DNA of 64,000 bases from assembly GCA_022711655.1 (NCBI GenBank), contig JAKLEM010000005.1:4956-68955 (forward strand), in the 5' to 3' direction. Positions 40,513-50,449 of this stretch are shown piece by piece. The notes beneath the pieces are model-generated. The model was not told where the DNA came from, did no database searches, and was given only the letters and a program-made list of their open reading frames with translations. Position numbers and translations under genes: made by a program. This stretch comes from Candidatus Auribacterota bacterium (GTDB lineage: Bacteria > Auribacterota > Ancaeobacteria > Ancaeobacterales > Ancaeobacteraceae). Each line of letters starts with the position of its first letter. Position 1 is the first letter of the stretch.

Positions 40513-41601
40513 TTAGAACATGTAGCGCCTGATATGCACGCTTTCGACGAGGCCGAGGGCCGCGAGCGTTGCGATCATCGACGAGCCGCCGTAGCTGATC
40601 AGCGGCAGCGGGAGCCCGGTGATCGGCATGATCCCGATCGTCATGCCGACGTTGATGATGATATGCGTCGCCAGGTAGACCATCACGCCGACAACGAGCA
40701 GGCGCCCCGACACGTCGCGCGCCTGGCCGGCAGCCTTGAAACAGCTCATGAGGATCAGGCCGAACAGCAGCAGCACGAAGGTGGCGCCGAGCAGGCCGAA
40801 CTCTTCTCCGATCACCGAAAAGATGAAATCGGTGTGCCGCTCGGGCAGGAAACTGAGCCGGTTCTGCGTTCCCAGCAGCCACCCTTTACCCCAGAGGCCG
40901 CCCGATCCGATAGCGATCTTGGACTGGATGATATTGTATCCCGCTCCGAGCGGATCGATGTTGGGATTGATGAAAACAAGGAGCCGCGCTTTTTGGTACT
41001 CTTTAAGGAACATGAACATCGGCGGGACGGCCATGATGCCCATGATGATCAGCATGATCAGATACTTCGGCCGCGCTCCCGCCGCGTAGAGCATCCCGAA
41101 AATGATCGGTATGAAAACCAGCGCGGTCCCGAGGTCTGGCTGTTTCAGGATCAGCGCCAGCGGTATGCCGGCGATGATCCACGCCTTGACGATATAGAAG
41201 AATGTCTGCCGCTTCTCATAATCCCAGACCAGATATCTTGTGAGGGTGATGATCAGCACCACCTTGGCGAATTCTGACGGCTGTAGCGAGAAACTGCCGA
41301 TCGACAGCCAGCTTGTCGATCCCGAACGGGCCCTGCCGAAGATGAACAGCGACCCCAACAGCAGGAGAACGCCGACATACAGCACCGGCGCTATCGCAGT
41401 AAACGCCTTGTAATCGAGCAATGACATGACAAAGAACACACCAAACCCGATGCAAACCCAGGTGATCTGCCGGGAGATGAACGCCGTCCCGCCCGATGAG
41501 CAGGTCGCGCTATAGATCGCGAGCGAACCGACCGCTATCAGCAGCAGTATCGATACGACCATGGAATAGTCGATGTTGCGAAAAAAACGTTGTCTGGGCA
41601 T
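40513..41601 (-). CDS. rodA: Rod shape-determining SEDS protein RodA
   Basis: QPSEFAK, QPDLGT, QSKIAIGSGG, LPERHTDFIFS and PLISYGGSS; follows PBP2. Confidence 0.96.
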   Translation of the reverse strand: MPRQRFFRNIDYSMVVSILLLIAVGSLAIYSATCSSGGTAFISRQITWVCIGFGVFFVMSLLDYKAFTAIAPVLYVGVLLLLGSLFIFGRARSGSTSWLSIGSFSLQPSEFAKVVLIITLTRYLVWDYEKRQTFFYIVKAWIIAGIPLALILKQPDLGTALVFIPIIFGMLYAAGARPKYLIMLIIMGIMAVPPMFMFLKEYQKARLLVFINPNIDPLGAGYNIIQSKIAIGSGGLWGKGWLLGTQNRLSFLPERHTDFIFSVIGEEFGLLGATFVLLLFGLILMSCFKAAGQARDVSGRLLVVGVMVYLATHIIINVGMTIGIMPITGLPLPLISYGGSSMIATLAALGLVESVHIRRYMF

Positions 41602-41691
41602 ATGTCCGATCTCCTCCTGAGCGTGGTGAAGTGCCTCCGGGATTGCCGCTTCTTCCCGTGAGCGCTTTCGTCGCCTCGCGGTTCCTCAGGG

Positions 41692-43695
41692 TTAAAAGAA
41701 AAAGAACAACTTTGGCTTCTTTTTTTCTTTTCTGCTGTCGTCCTGCTCGGGGCCTTGATCGGCGGACGGATCCTGCACCGATGCGCCGGCTTCCGCTCCC
41801 TGAGCCTGCTCGTTCGCCGGCGGCTGCGCCGCTGACTCCTGCGCAGCCTGTCCAGTCTGACCCTGTTGCTGCTGCGCCTGATCGTTCGCCTGCGCCTGGT
41901 CGGCAGCGGGCGCGGCGGCCCCGCCGTTCTTTATCTGAAAATATTGTTCGAACGCTTTTTTAGCGATCGGCGCGGAATTCAAGCCGCCGGACCCGGCCGA
42001 TTCGACAAGGACGGCAATGCCGATCTCAGGGGCTTCGAACGGCGCGAATCCCGCGAACCACGCGTGCGTCTTCTTATTGCCGACAGGCCCGTACTGTACG
42101 GTACCCGTCTTGCCCGCGACCTTCACGTTCGGCAGCCAGGCGTTGCCGCCCGTACCGTCGCGTTCGTTGACCACTTTGTACAACCCCTTGCGCATCGTTT
42201 CTATATGCTCCGGCTGGATAGAGAGATGCCCTCGCACCACAGGCTGGATGATGATCTCCTGGCCGTCCGGCCTGACCATTTTTTCCACGATCAACGGCTT
42301 GTAGACCGTCCCGCCGTTCGCCACCGTCGAGATCATCGACGCGATCTGTATCGGCGTGACCTGCATGAACCCCTGGCCGATGGCGAAGTTGACCGTATCG
42401 CCGCCGACCCACGGGGCATGTATCGTTTCTCGTTTCCACTGCGGCGTCGGCACGGTCCCGCTTCTTTGCGGGGAGAGGTCGATATCGGTTTTCTCCCCCA
42501 TAAAAAACTGTTTGGCACAGGCGGCGATTGCCGTCGCTCCGACCATGACGCCGGTCCGGTAAAAGAAGACGTTGCAGGAGTACTTAATACCCTCCGTGAT
42601 ATCGAGCGTCCCGTGTCCCTTCGCGCGCCAGCACTTGAACTCTTTCGGCCCAAGGTAGAATTTGCCTGCGCAATACAGCCTCGACTTTTTATTAAGCGCG
42701 CCTGACTCTAGGGCCGACAGCCCGACTATGATCTTGAAGATCGAACCCGGCGAGTACGTACCGTTGATGCAGCGGTCGATCAGCGGCCGCGCCTTGTCCC
42801 TGAACATCTGCGCGATCTCCGAACGCCGTGCGCTGCCGATAAACATGTTCGGATCGAAACCGGGCTTGCTGACATACCCGAGGATCTTTCCCGACCGAGG
42901 GTCCATCGCGACGGCCGCACCCGCCTTGCCGGCCAGTTCCGCTTCGAGAACGTCCTGGATCCGCTTGTCTATCGTCAAGTAGATATCGGTCCCCTTCACG
43001 GGGGGCCTTGCGCTAAGCGTCTTATCCTTGAAACCTTTGTTGTTCACCTGGATCTGCTGGCCGCCCGAAACGCCGATCAATTCTGCGTCGTACGCCTTCT
43101 CGACACCCATCTTCCCGACGATGTCCTGCGGCATATAACCGCTGTCTTTCAGCTTCTTGTATTCCTCGCGCGAAATGCTCCCGACATGCCCGATCAAATG
43201 CGACGCGTAATCGTTGTAGATATAGTTGCGGACCGCGTTGACCTGTACCGTGACCCCTTCAATGAACGGCTTCTGCTCCTCGATGATAGTCACCTTATCA
43301 ATGCCGACGTCGCGCGCGACCACCACCGGCAGGTACGGGATATACCCCTCCAGCTTCATCTTCTTGACGATATCCTTTTTCGGCTCGCCGAGGACGCGGC
43401 TGAGCATGTCGGCGGTCTGCGAGAGGTTCTTTACCTCGTTGGGGATGAGCTGGACATCGAACGACGGCCGGTTATCCACGAGCAGCATCCCGTTGCGGTC
43501 ATAGAGATGCCCCCGCGGCGCGCTGATCACGATACGCCTGATGCGGTTGGTCGTCGCTAGAGCCCGGTATGAGTCGCCCTGGATGATCTGGATATACCAC
43601 AGGACGGAAAGTATGACGATGAATGCGGCGGCGGTCAGCCTGCCGATCACCTTGAGCTGATCATCGTGGGGATAGAATAGATCGATCGGCGTCAT
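41692..43695 (-). CDS. mrdA: Penicillin-binding protein 2 with a low-complexity C-terminal tail
   Basis: PGSIFK (SxxK), SCN (SxN), KTGT and AWF; Q/A/D-rich tail ending KKKPKLFFFF. Confidence 0.96.
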   Translation of the reverse strand: MTPIDLFYPHDDQLKVIGRLTAAAFIVILSVLWYIQIIQGDSYRALATTNRIRRIVISAPRGHLYDRNGMLLVDNRPSFDVQLIPNEVKNLSQTADMLSRVLGEPKKDIVKKMKLEGYIPYLPVVVARDVGIDKVTIIEEQKPFIEGVTVQVNAVRNYIYNDYASHLIGHVGSISREEYKKLKDSGYMPQDIVGKMGVEKAYDAELIGVSGGQQIQVNNKGFKDKTLSARPPVKGTDIYLTIDKRIQDVLEAELAGKAGAAVAMDPRSGKILGYVSKPGFDPNMFIGSARRSEIAQMFRDKARPLIDRCINGTYSPGSIFKIIVGLSALESGALNKKSRLYCAGKFYLGPKEFKCWRAKGHGTLDITEGIKYSCNVFFYRTGVMVGATAIAACAKQFFMGEKTDIDLSPQRSGTVPTPQWKRETIHAPWVGGDTVNFAIGQGFMQVTPIQIASMISTVANGGTVYKPLIVEKMVRPDGQEIIIQPVVRGHLSIQPEHIETMRKGLYKVVNERDGTGGNAWLPNVKVAGKTGTVQYGPVGNKKTHAWFAGFAPFEAPEIGIAVLVESAGSGGLNSAPIAKKAFEQYFQIKNGGAAAPAADQAQANDQAQQQQGQTGQAAQESAAQPPANEQAQGAEAGASVQDPSADQGPEQDDSRKEKKKPKLFFFF

Positions 43696-43745
43696 GTGGA
43701 CCTTGGAACAGGAGACGGCGCGTCAGCGCCGCTATTTTAGTGCCA

Positions 43746-44237
43746 TCAGGCTAAGCTAATCAGCCTTTTGCGCTCGTATGTGTGCATAAAAGTGAACAGG
43801 ATAACCCCAACGGTGAAATTATATATGCTCTGCGGTACGACATGGTTCAGAAAGAGATACCACAGGCTCTCTTGATAAAACAGGTCGGCGGCCGAAAAGT
43901 AGACTGCAGCATTCAGAAGCGTCACGAGAAGAGCAATCAACGACTGTGTCAACGGGTTCTCGAAATAAACGCGAAACGTGAGAAAGCCGAGAAGCAGCCC
44001 GCAGGTCCCCATCGAAACGGCAAAAAGCCCCATGCGGCCAAGCGACAGGACGTCGCAAATGAAACCCGCGATCAAACCGAACAGGAGCCCCCGCTGCCAG
44101 CCGGCCCTCAAGGAACAGAACACCACCGCGATCAGAAGAAAGTCCGGCGACACCCTTCGGATCATGAAGGCGTCCGCGCAGATCGACTGGACGAGCGCAG
44201 CGGCAAGAAAGCAGGCTGTCACGATAAGGAGCTTCAC
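43746..44237 (-). CDS. mreD: Rod shape-determining protein MreD
   Basis: Hydrophobic, with PDFLLI and GLLFGLIAGFICD. GTG start at 44237 overlaps the mreC stop. Confidence 0.88.
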   Translation of the reverse strand: MKLLIVTACFLAAALVQSICADAFMIRRVSPDFLLIAVVFCSLRAGWQRGLLFGLIAGFICDVLSLGRMGLFAVSMGTCGLLLGFLTFRVYFENPLTQSLIALLVTLLNAAVYFSAADLFYQESLWYLFLNHVVPQSIYNFTVGVILFTFMHTYERKRLISLA

Positions 44238-45088
44238 GGCGCCGTCCTGTTCTCCTGGGCCGGGGAGATGTTGTCGGTTGACGGTTCGGGCGCATTCGAT
44301 TTCAATATCAGTACCTCCTCGAGCTTCGAGAAATCGCACCCGGGCTCGATGTCCGCGTACTTATTTAGATCGAATTCGTCAATAGCGACCTTGACGACTT
44401 TTCCGATAACCAACCCTTTCGGATAAACGCCACCGAGGCCCGAAGATACTATCAGGTCGTTTATCGAGATGATCGCGCTGCGGGAGAGATAGTTCATCCT
44501 GCACACACCCGAGGACGTTCCCTCGATGATACCGTAATCACGAGAGCTTTGCACCATGGCGCCGACGCGGCTGTTCTTGTCGAGGACAAGGAGTACTTTG
44601 CTGACGGAACGGGACACCTCGACGATCTTACCCACCAACCCCTGCGCGCTCACGACGGGCATATCCGGCGCAATGCCGTGCACGGATCCCTTATCGATGA
44701 AGATCGCCTCATACCAGTTCGAGGGATCGCGGCCGATCACCTGAGCGGGCACGGCGTTGTACGACTCCCTCTTCTTAAATTCAAGCAGCTCTGACAGCCG
44801 TTTGTTCTCCGATGCAGTCTCACGCAGCTTGTTAAGCTCGCCGTTCAGCGCATCAACCTTCTGCTGCAAAAACCGGTTTTCACGAAGCAGTTCGCCCCTG
44901 GTCACGAAGGTCCCCGTAAACGCGTTAAATGCTCCCGAGACGGCGCCGGCGCTCTTAAGGAAAGGATCGAAGATGACGGTCGCGGCTGATTTAAACAGCC
45001 GCGACGTCTCATGCGGGAGGCTGAGCACGACCAAAAGGAGCGCGATCAGGAACAGCCATACCCAAGATTTTTTTCGTCTGTAATACAT
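44234..45088 (-). CDS. mreC: Rod shape-determining protein MreC
   Basis: TM, coiled coil (ENKRLSELL), VIGRDP, IDKGS, GLVGK and SGLGGVYPKGL. Confidence 0.95.
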   Translation of the reverse strand: MYYRRKKSWVWLFLIALLLVVLSLPHETSRLFKSAATVIFDPFLKSAGAVSGAFNAFTGTFVTRGELLRENRFLQQKVDALNGELNKLRETASENKRLSELLEFKKRESYNAVPAQVIGRDPSNWYEAIFIDKGSVHGIAPDMPVVSAQGLVGKIVEVSRSVSKVLLVLDKNSRVGAMVQSSRDYGIIEGTSSGVCRMNYLSRSAIISINDLIVSSGLGGVYPKGLVIGKVVKVAIDEFDLNKYADIEPGCDFSKLEEVLILKSNAPEPSTDNISPAQENRTAP

Positions 45089-45108
45089 ATCGTCCCGTTT
45101 ATCCGGTT

Positions 45109-45137
45109 ATTATACTCCGCGCAAGCGGTGATACCAA
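45109..45137 (-). promoter_or_regulatory. Sigma70-type promoter upstream of mreC
   Basis: Minus strand TTGGTA (45137-45132) - 17 bp - TATAAT (45114-45109). Confidence 0.6.
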
Positions 45138-45156
45138 CTGAAACATCGCCCGCGCG

Positions 45157-45193
45157 AAAAAAGAAAGGGGACAGATGTCTATCCGTCCCCCTT
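45157..45193 (-). terminator. Intrinsic terminator after mreB
   Basis: Minus strand GGGGACGGAT-AGAC-ATCTGTCCCC followed by TTTCTTTTTT. Confidence 0.7.
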
Positions 45194-45219
45194 CCAGTAT
45201 TGAAAAGCTGAGCTTCGCG

Positions 45220-46257
<1,038 letters not shown>

Positions 46258-46279
46258 TCATATAGTGATGTGAAGCGAA

Positions 46280-46309
46280 AATTTAAGCATATAGCCAAGC
46301 TATTATCAA
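46280..46309 (-). promoter_or_regulatory. Possible mreB promoter
   Basis: Minus strand TTGATA - 18 bp - TAAATT in an AT-rich gap. Confidence 0.35.
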
Positions 46310-46321
46310 TAAAAATCGGCA

Positions 46322-47605
46322 TCATTTTTTGCGGACATAGCGCCTGAGCGGCGGCGGGATTTTCTCACGGAATACGGCGATGAAGAGGGTTTTGCCGCCA
46401 TCGCGCCGGGTCTCGACGACCCGCGCGTGCTGAAAAATGAGGCTGATGAGGCCAGCGGCGCGATCGGGTATCAGGAGCGTCGTCTGCCGCTCAGGGCGCG
46501 GCAGACGCTGCTCTATCTTTCTCAGCAGGCCTGCCGTCCCCTCGCCGGTCAGGGCAGAAATAGCAACGCTCTCCGGGTAGTCCCTGGTAAAACGGTCAAC
46601 GGCCGACCTGTTGCCGATGCAGTCGATCTTGTTCAGGACATGTATTACCGGTTTTCCCGAAACACCGATCTCGCGCAGGACCGTGTCGACAGCCTGCTTC
46701 TGCTCATAGGCCTTTTCATGAGACACATCGATGACCATCAGCAGAATGTCCGCCTCAACGACCTCCTCGAGCGTTGCTTTGAACGAGTCGACCAGGTGGT
46801 GCGGAAGCTTTTTGATAAAACCGACCGTATCGGACAGGTAGAACTGTTTGCCCGACGGAAGAGTGTATTTGCGCGTCGTGGGATCGAGCGTCGCGAACAG
46901 CTTGTCGGCGACATACACGCGCGTCCCGGTAAGGGCATTCATCAGCGTCGATTTCCCCGCGTTAGTGTATCCGACGATCGCCAGAACGGGAGTTTCGGAG
47001 CGCACGCGCCTCTTTCGCTGCTGCGCACGCTGCTTGATCACCTCGGCAAGCTCGTCACGCAGCCGGCCCAGGCGCTCCCTGACCCGCCTGCGATCGACCT
47101 CGAGCTGCGTCTCGCCAGGCCCGCGCGTTCCTATGCCGCCTTCCTGCCGCGAAAGATGCGTCCATCGCCCGGTCAGCCGCGGGAAAAGGTAGCTGAGCTG
47201 CGCCATTTCGATCTGGAGCTTTCCTTCACGCGTCTGCGCCCGCTGAGCGAAGATGTCGAGGATCAGCTCGGTACGGTCGACAACCTTGACACCGATGATA
47301 TCCTCGAGGCTCTTTACCTGGGCAGGGGCGAGGTCATCATCAAAAATCACGACGTTCGCGCGGGCGCGAAGGCACGAGAGCGACAGCTCCTGCGCCTTTC
47401 CCTTTCCGATGTAAAACGACGGATGGGGACGGTCGATCTTGACAATGTCCGAGCCGACTATCGACGCCCCGGCGCTGTCGGCAAGCTGGCTCAGCTCGTC
47501 AAGCGAGTCCTCGACGACGAAGCGGTCAGCGAGCCGCGGCTGAATACCGACAAGATACGCTTTCTCGCTATATCTCTTTTTAACAAACTGGAATGTGCGG
47601 GCGAT
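46322..47605 (-). CDS. hflX: GTPase HflX; true start lies upstream of the ORF-track start and is probably non-canonical (ATC at 47605)
   Basis: VGYTNAGKST, LFATLD and DTVGFI. The frame stays open upstream of 47350 and encodes the HflX N-domain (EKAYLVG...DSLDELSQLADSAG...YIGKGKAQE) back to a TGA at 47609-47611, with no in-frame ATG/GTG/TTG. Confidence 0.9.
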   Translation of the reverse strand: MARTFQFVKKRYSEKAYLVGIQPRLADRFVVEDSLDELSQLADSAGASIVGSDIVKIDRPHPSFYIGKGKAQELSLSCLRARANVVIFDDDLAPAQVKSLEDIIGVKVVDRTELILDIFAQRAQTREGKLQIEMAQLSYLFPRLTGRWTHLSRQEGGIGTRGPGETQLEVDRRRVRERLGRLRDELAEVIKQRAQQRKRRVRSETPVLAIVGYTNAGKSTLMNALTGTRVYVADKLFATLDPTTRKYTLPSGKQFYLSDTVGFIKKLPHHLVDSFKATLEEVVEADILLMVIDVSHEKAYEQKQAVDTVLREIGVSGKPVIHVLNKIDCIGNRSAVDRFTRDYPESVAISALTGEGTAGLLRKIEQRLPRPERQTTLLIPDRAAGLISLIFQHARVVETRRDGGKTLFIAVFREKIPPPLRRYVRKK

Positions 47606-47631
47606 ATGTCACCTCACTGCAGCGGCGCGGC

Positions 47632-48594
47632 TTATCCCTGCCTGCGCCCAGCCTGTATATCCTCTATCTGTTCGACCACGACGCCGGCCTGTGTCTCTTT
47701 TCCCACGGCAAGCCAGCGGATGCCCCGCTCTTTCCTGAACCAGGTCATCTGACGTTTCGCATACTGCCGCGTCCTGATCTGTATCCGTTTTTTCGTTTCG
47801 GAAAGCGTCGCCTCTTCGCGGAGGTACCGGATCACCTCGCCGTAACCGAGCGCCTGTATAGCGACGCGGTTCTTCTCGATTCCTCGGCTCATCAGCGCTC
47901 GCGTCTCATCGATAAGCCCGGATCGGAACATCTCATCGACACGCTCGTCAATCCGCGCAGCCAGATCGTTTCTGTCGCGCTGCAGGCCGACGACCGTGCA
48001 AACGCAGTCATTCTCGATGCCGGACGGCTTCCCGCTCCACTGCGACTGCTGCTCCGCGAGCGGCCGTTTCGTCAACAGCATCACCTCAAGCGCACGGACG
48101 ACGCGCCGCGGATTATGCGGATCGATAGACGATGCCGTTCTCGGATCAATCTTCTTGAGTTTTTCATAGAGATGCTCGACCCCGTTTTGTTCGAGCTCTG
48201 CTTCAAGCTCCGCCCGGGCGGCGCGGTCGCGAGAGGGGCCCTCGAAAATCCCTTTCAGAAGGACACGAACATACAGGCCTGTCCCTCCCGCGACGATCGG
48301 AGTTTTGCCGCGCGCAACGATCTCGTCAACCGCTTTGCGCGCATCGGCGAAAAAACGGCCGGCGCTGTACTCTTCGGTCGGTTCGACGATATCGATCAGG
48401 TGATGGGGGATCTTTTGCAGCCACGCAGCAGGCGGTTTTGCCGTCGCGATATCCATACCGCGGTAGACCTGCATTGAGTCGGCGGAGACGATCTCGCCGC
48501 CGATCTTTCCGGCAAGGACATATGCGGCTTCGGATTTTCCCGATGCGGTCGGCCCGACGATCACTATGACAGAGGGTTGAGATATCTTCATCAT
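47632..48594 (-). CDS. miaA: tRNA dimethylallyltransferase
   Basis: GPTASGKS, SADSMQVYRGMDIATAK, GGTGLY and TRQYAKRQMTWFR. Confidence 0.98.
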   Translation of the reverse strand: MMKISQPSVIVIVGPTASGKSEAAYVLAGKIGGEIVSADSMQVYRGMDIATAKPPAAWLQKIPHHLIDIVEPTEEYSAGRFFADARKAVDEIVARGKTPIVAGGTGLYVRVLLKGIFEGPSRDRAARAELEAELEQNGVEHLYEKLKKIDPRTASSIDPHNPRRVVRALEVMLLTKRPLAEQQSQWSGKPSGIENDCVCTVVGLQRDRNDLAARIDERVDEMFRSGLIDETRALMSRGIEKNRVAIQALGYGEVIRYLREEATLSETKKRIQIRTRQYAKRQMTWFRKERGIRWLAVGKETQAGVVVEQIEDIQAGRRQG

Positions 48595-50381
48595 CTCCGT
48601 TTGAATTCTTTGGCGAGAGTATCGTTCGACAGCTTGATCATCGTCGGCCTGCCGTGCGGACAGGTCTGGGGAACGCCGCAGCGGAACAGGTCTTCGACAA
48701 GCCGTATCTGCTCTTTCTGGTCGAGCTTGTCTTTCGACTTCACCGCAAGCCGGCAGAGGGTCTTGACGACTTTCTCCTCGAACGCAGCATCAGCCTTCGT
48801 CGCCAGAGAGGTCTCCTCCAGCTCCTCTATCAGATCTCGGACAAGCCTGGTGACATCGCTGTTCTGCGCAAACGCGGGAACCGCGTCGACGATAAAACCA
48901 TTCTGTCCGAACAGGCTGATCCCCACCCCTGCGTTCTCGAGAGAGCCCAGATGCTCCGTCACAAAAACGGCCGTCGCTTTTGGGAGCTCGATCGTGACGG
49001 GCAAAAGGAGCCGCTGGACGTCCAGCTTTTTCTCCCTGATGGCCTCCATAGTTTTTTCGTAGAGCACCCGCTCGTGCGCGGCATGCTGGTCGATGATCAC
49101 TATGCCGTCGGCGGCCTCGGCGACGAGATAGAGCGAATGTGTCTGGCCGATCACGAACGGTGCCTTCTTGGAAACAGCGGCGGACATGAACGCGGGGTGA
49201 GGCAGCGGCTGATCACCGGCAGGCTGCCGCGCTCCGATACCGGTCGCGGGTCCCGCGGGATATGTCGGCTTCGTGTATGCCCCCGCTCCCGGCGGCGTCT
49301 CAAAATAACGTTTCATCGCATCCTGAACGGAGCCTGCGCAAGGCTGCGCATCGGGATCGGGCGCCTCCCCGGAGCCGAAGACGGGCATATCGTAGTTCGC
49401 CTCGAGCGACGAACGGACCGCCTGCACGACCGCGTCTCTCACTGTCGTATCGTTGAGGAACTTGATCTCACGCTTGGTCGGGTGGATATTGACGTCTATA
49501 TGCGACGGATCGATCGAAATGAACAGGAAGCAGAACGGGTTCCGGTCGTTCGACATCAGCGTCCGGTAGCCTTCGGACACCGCATAGAGGAGCGTCCTGT
49601 TCTGCACCGGCCGCTCGTTGACGAAAAAGTACTCTTTGGACTTATTCGAAAAGGTGAATTCCGGCTTCGAAATGTATCCGCTGATCCGCACCGCCAGGCT
49701 CTTCCAGTCGACCGGCAACAGGGCGTCGGCGAAATCAGCGCCGTAGAGCGCGCCGACGCGGGCCTTTAGGTCCATACCCTTCTCGATGGCGACGACCTCT
49801 TTGCCGTTATCGACGAGCTTGAACGCGACGGCGGTATGCGCCAAAGCGCTGAGCGTGACGACATTCAGGATGTGGCCTGTCTCGGTCTGGTGCGTCTTGA
49901 GGAATTTGCGGCGGGCCGGCACGTTGAAGAAGAGATCCTGCACCGTGACCACGGTCCCCTTGCTCATGCCGGCTTCGCGTATCTCCCCGACCTTTCCGCC
50001 GTCCACGCTAATCTTCGTTCCCGGAACGTTGCCGCCTTCGCAGCTGGCAAGCTCGAACCTTGAGACCGACGCGATGCTCGGCAGCGCCTCGCCGCGAAAC
50101 CCGAGGCTCCTGATCACGTATATGTCATCGACATCGCCGATCTTGCTCGTCGCGTGGCGCTCCAGCGACATGACCGCGTCGTCGCGGCTCATCCCGCACC
50201 CGTCGTCGGAGACCCTGATCATGCTGATCCCGCCGCCTTTGATCTCGACCGTAACCCGCGAAGCCCCCCCATCGATCGCATTCTCGACCAGCTCTTTGAC
50301 GACCGACGCCGGCCGCTCGACGACCTCTCCGGCGGCGATCTTGTTGGCGATGATCTCGGGTAAAACCTTTATTTTATTCAC
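48591..50381 (-). CDS. mutL: DNA mismatch repair protein MutL (endonuclease type)
   Basis: KIAAGEVVERP, GFRGEAL, and endonuclease motifs DQHAAHERVLYE and CPHGRP. Confidence 0.98.
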   Translation of the reverse strand: MNKIKVLPEIIANKIAAGEVVERPASVVKELVENAIDGGASRVTVEIKGGGISMIRVSDDGCGMSRDDAVMSLERHATSKIGDVDDIYVIRSLGFRGEALPSIASVSRFELASCEGGNVPGTKISVDGGKVGEIREAGMSKGTVVTVQDLFFNVPARRKFLKTHQTETGHILNVVTLSALAHTAVAFKLVDNGKEVVAIEKGMDLKARVGALYGADFADALLPVDWKSLAVRISGYISKPEFTFSNKSKEYFFVNERPVQNRTLLYAVSEGYRTLMSNDRNPFCFLFISIDPSHIDVNIHPTKREIKFLNDTTVRDAVVQAVRSSLEANYDMPVFGSGEAPDPDAQPCAGSVQDAMKRYFETPPGAGAYTKPTYPAGPATGIGARQPAGDQPLPHPAFMSAAVSKKAPFVIGQTHSLYLVAEAADGIVIIDQHAAHERVLYEKTMEAIREKKLDVQRLLLPVTIELPKATAVFVTEHLGSLENAGVGISLFGQNGFIVDAVPAFAQNSDVTRLVRDLIEELEETSLATKADAAFEEKVVKTLCRLAVKSKDKLDQKEQIRLVEDLFRCGVPQTCPHGRPTMIKLSNDTLAKEFKRR

Positions 50382-50423
50382 ATTCCCTCCGCATACATAA
50401 ACGGTTCTTCGAGTAGGAGTCCA

Positions 50424-50449
50424 TAGGGTACAGGCATGCCTGTACCCTA
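50424..50449. repeat. Perfect 26-bp palindrome, REP-like, overlapping the mutS stop codon
   Basis: TAGGGTACAGGCATGCCTGTACCCTA is its own reverse complement; on the minus strand it begins GTAG. Confidence 0.75.
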
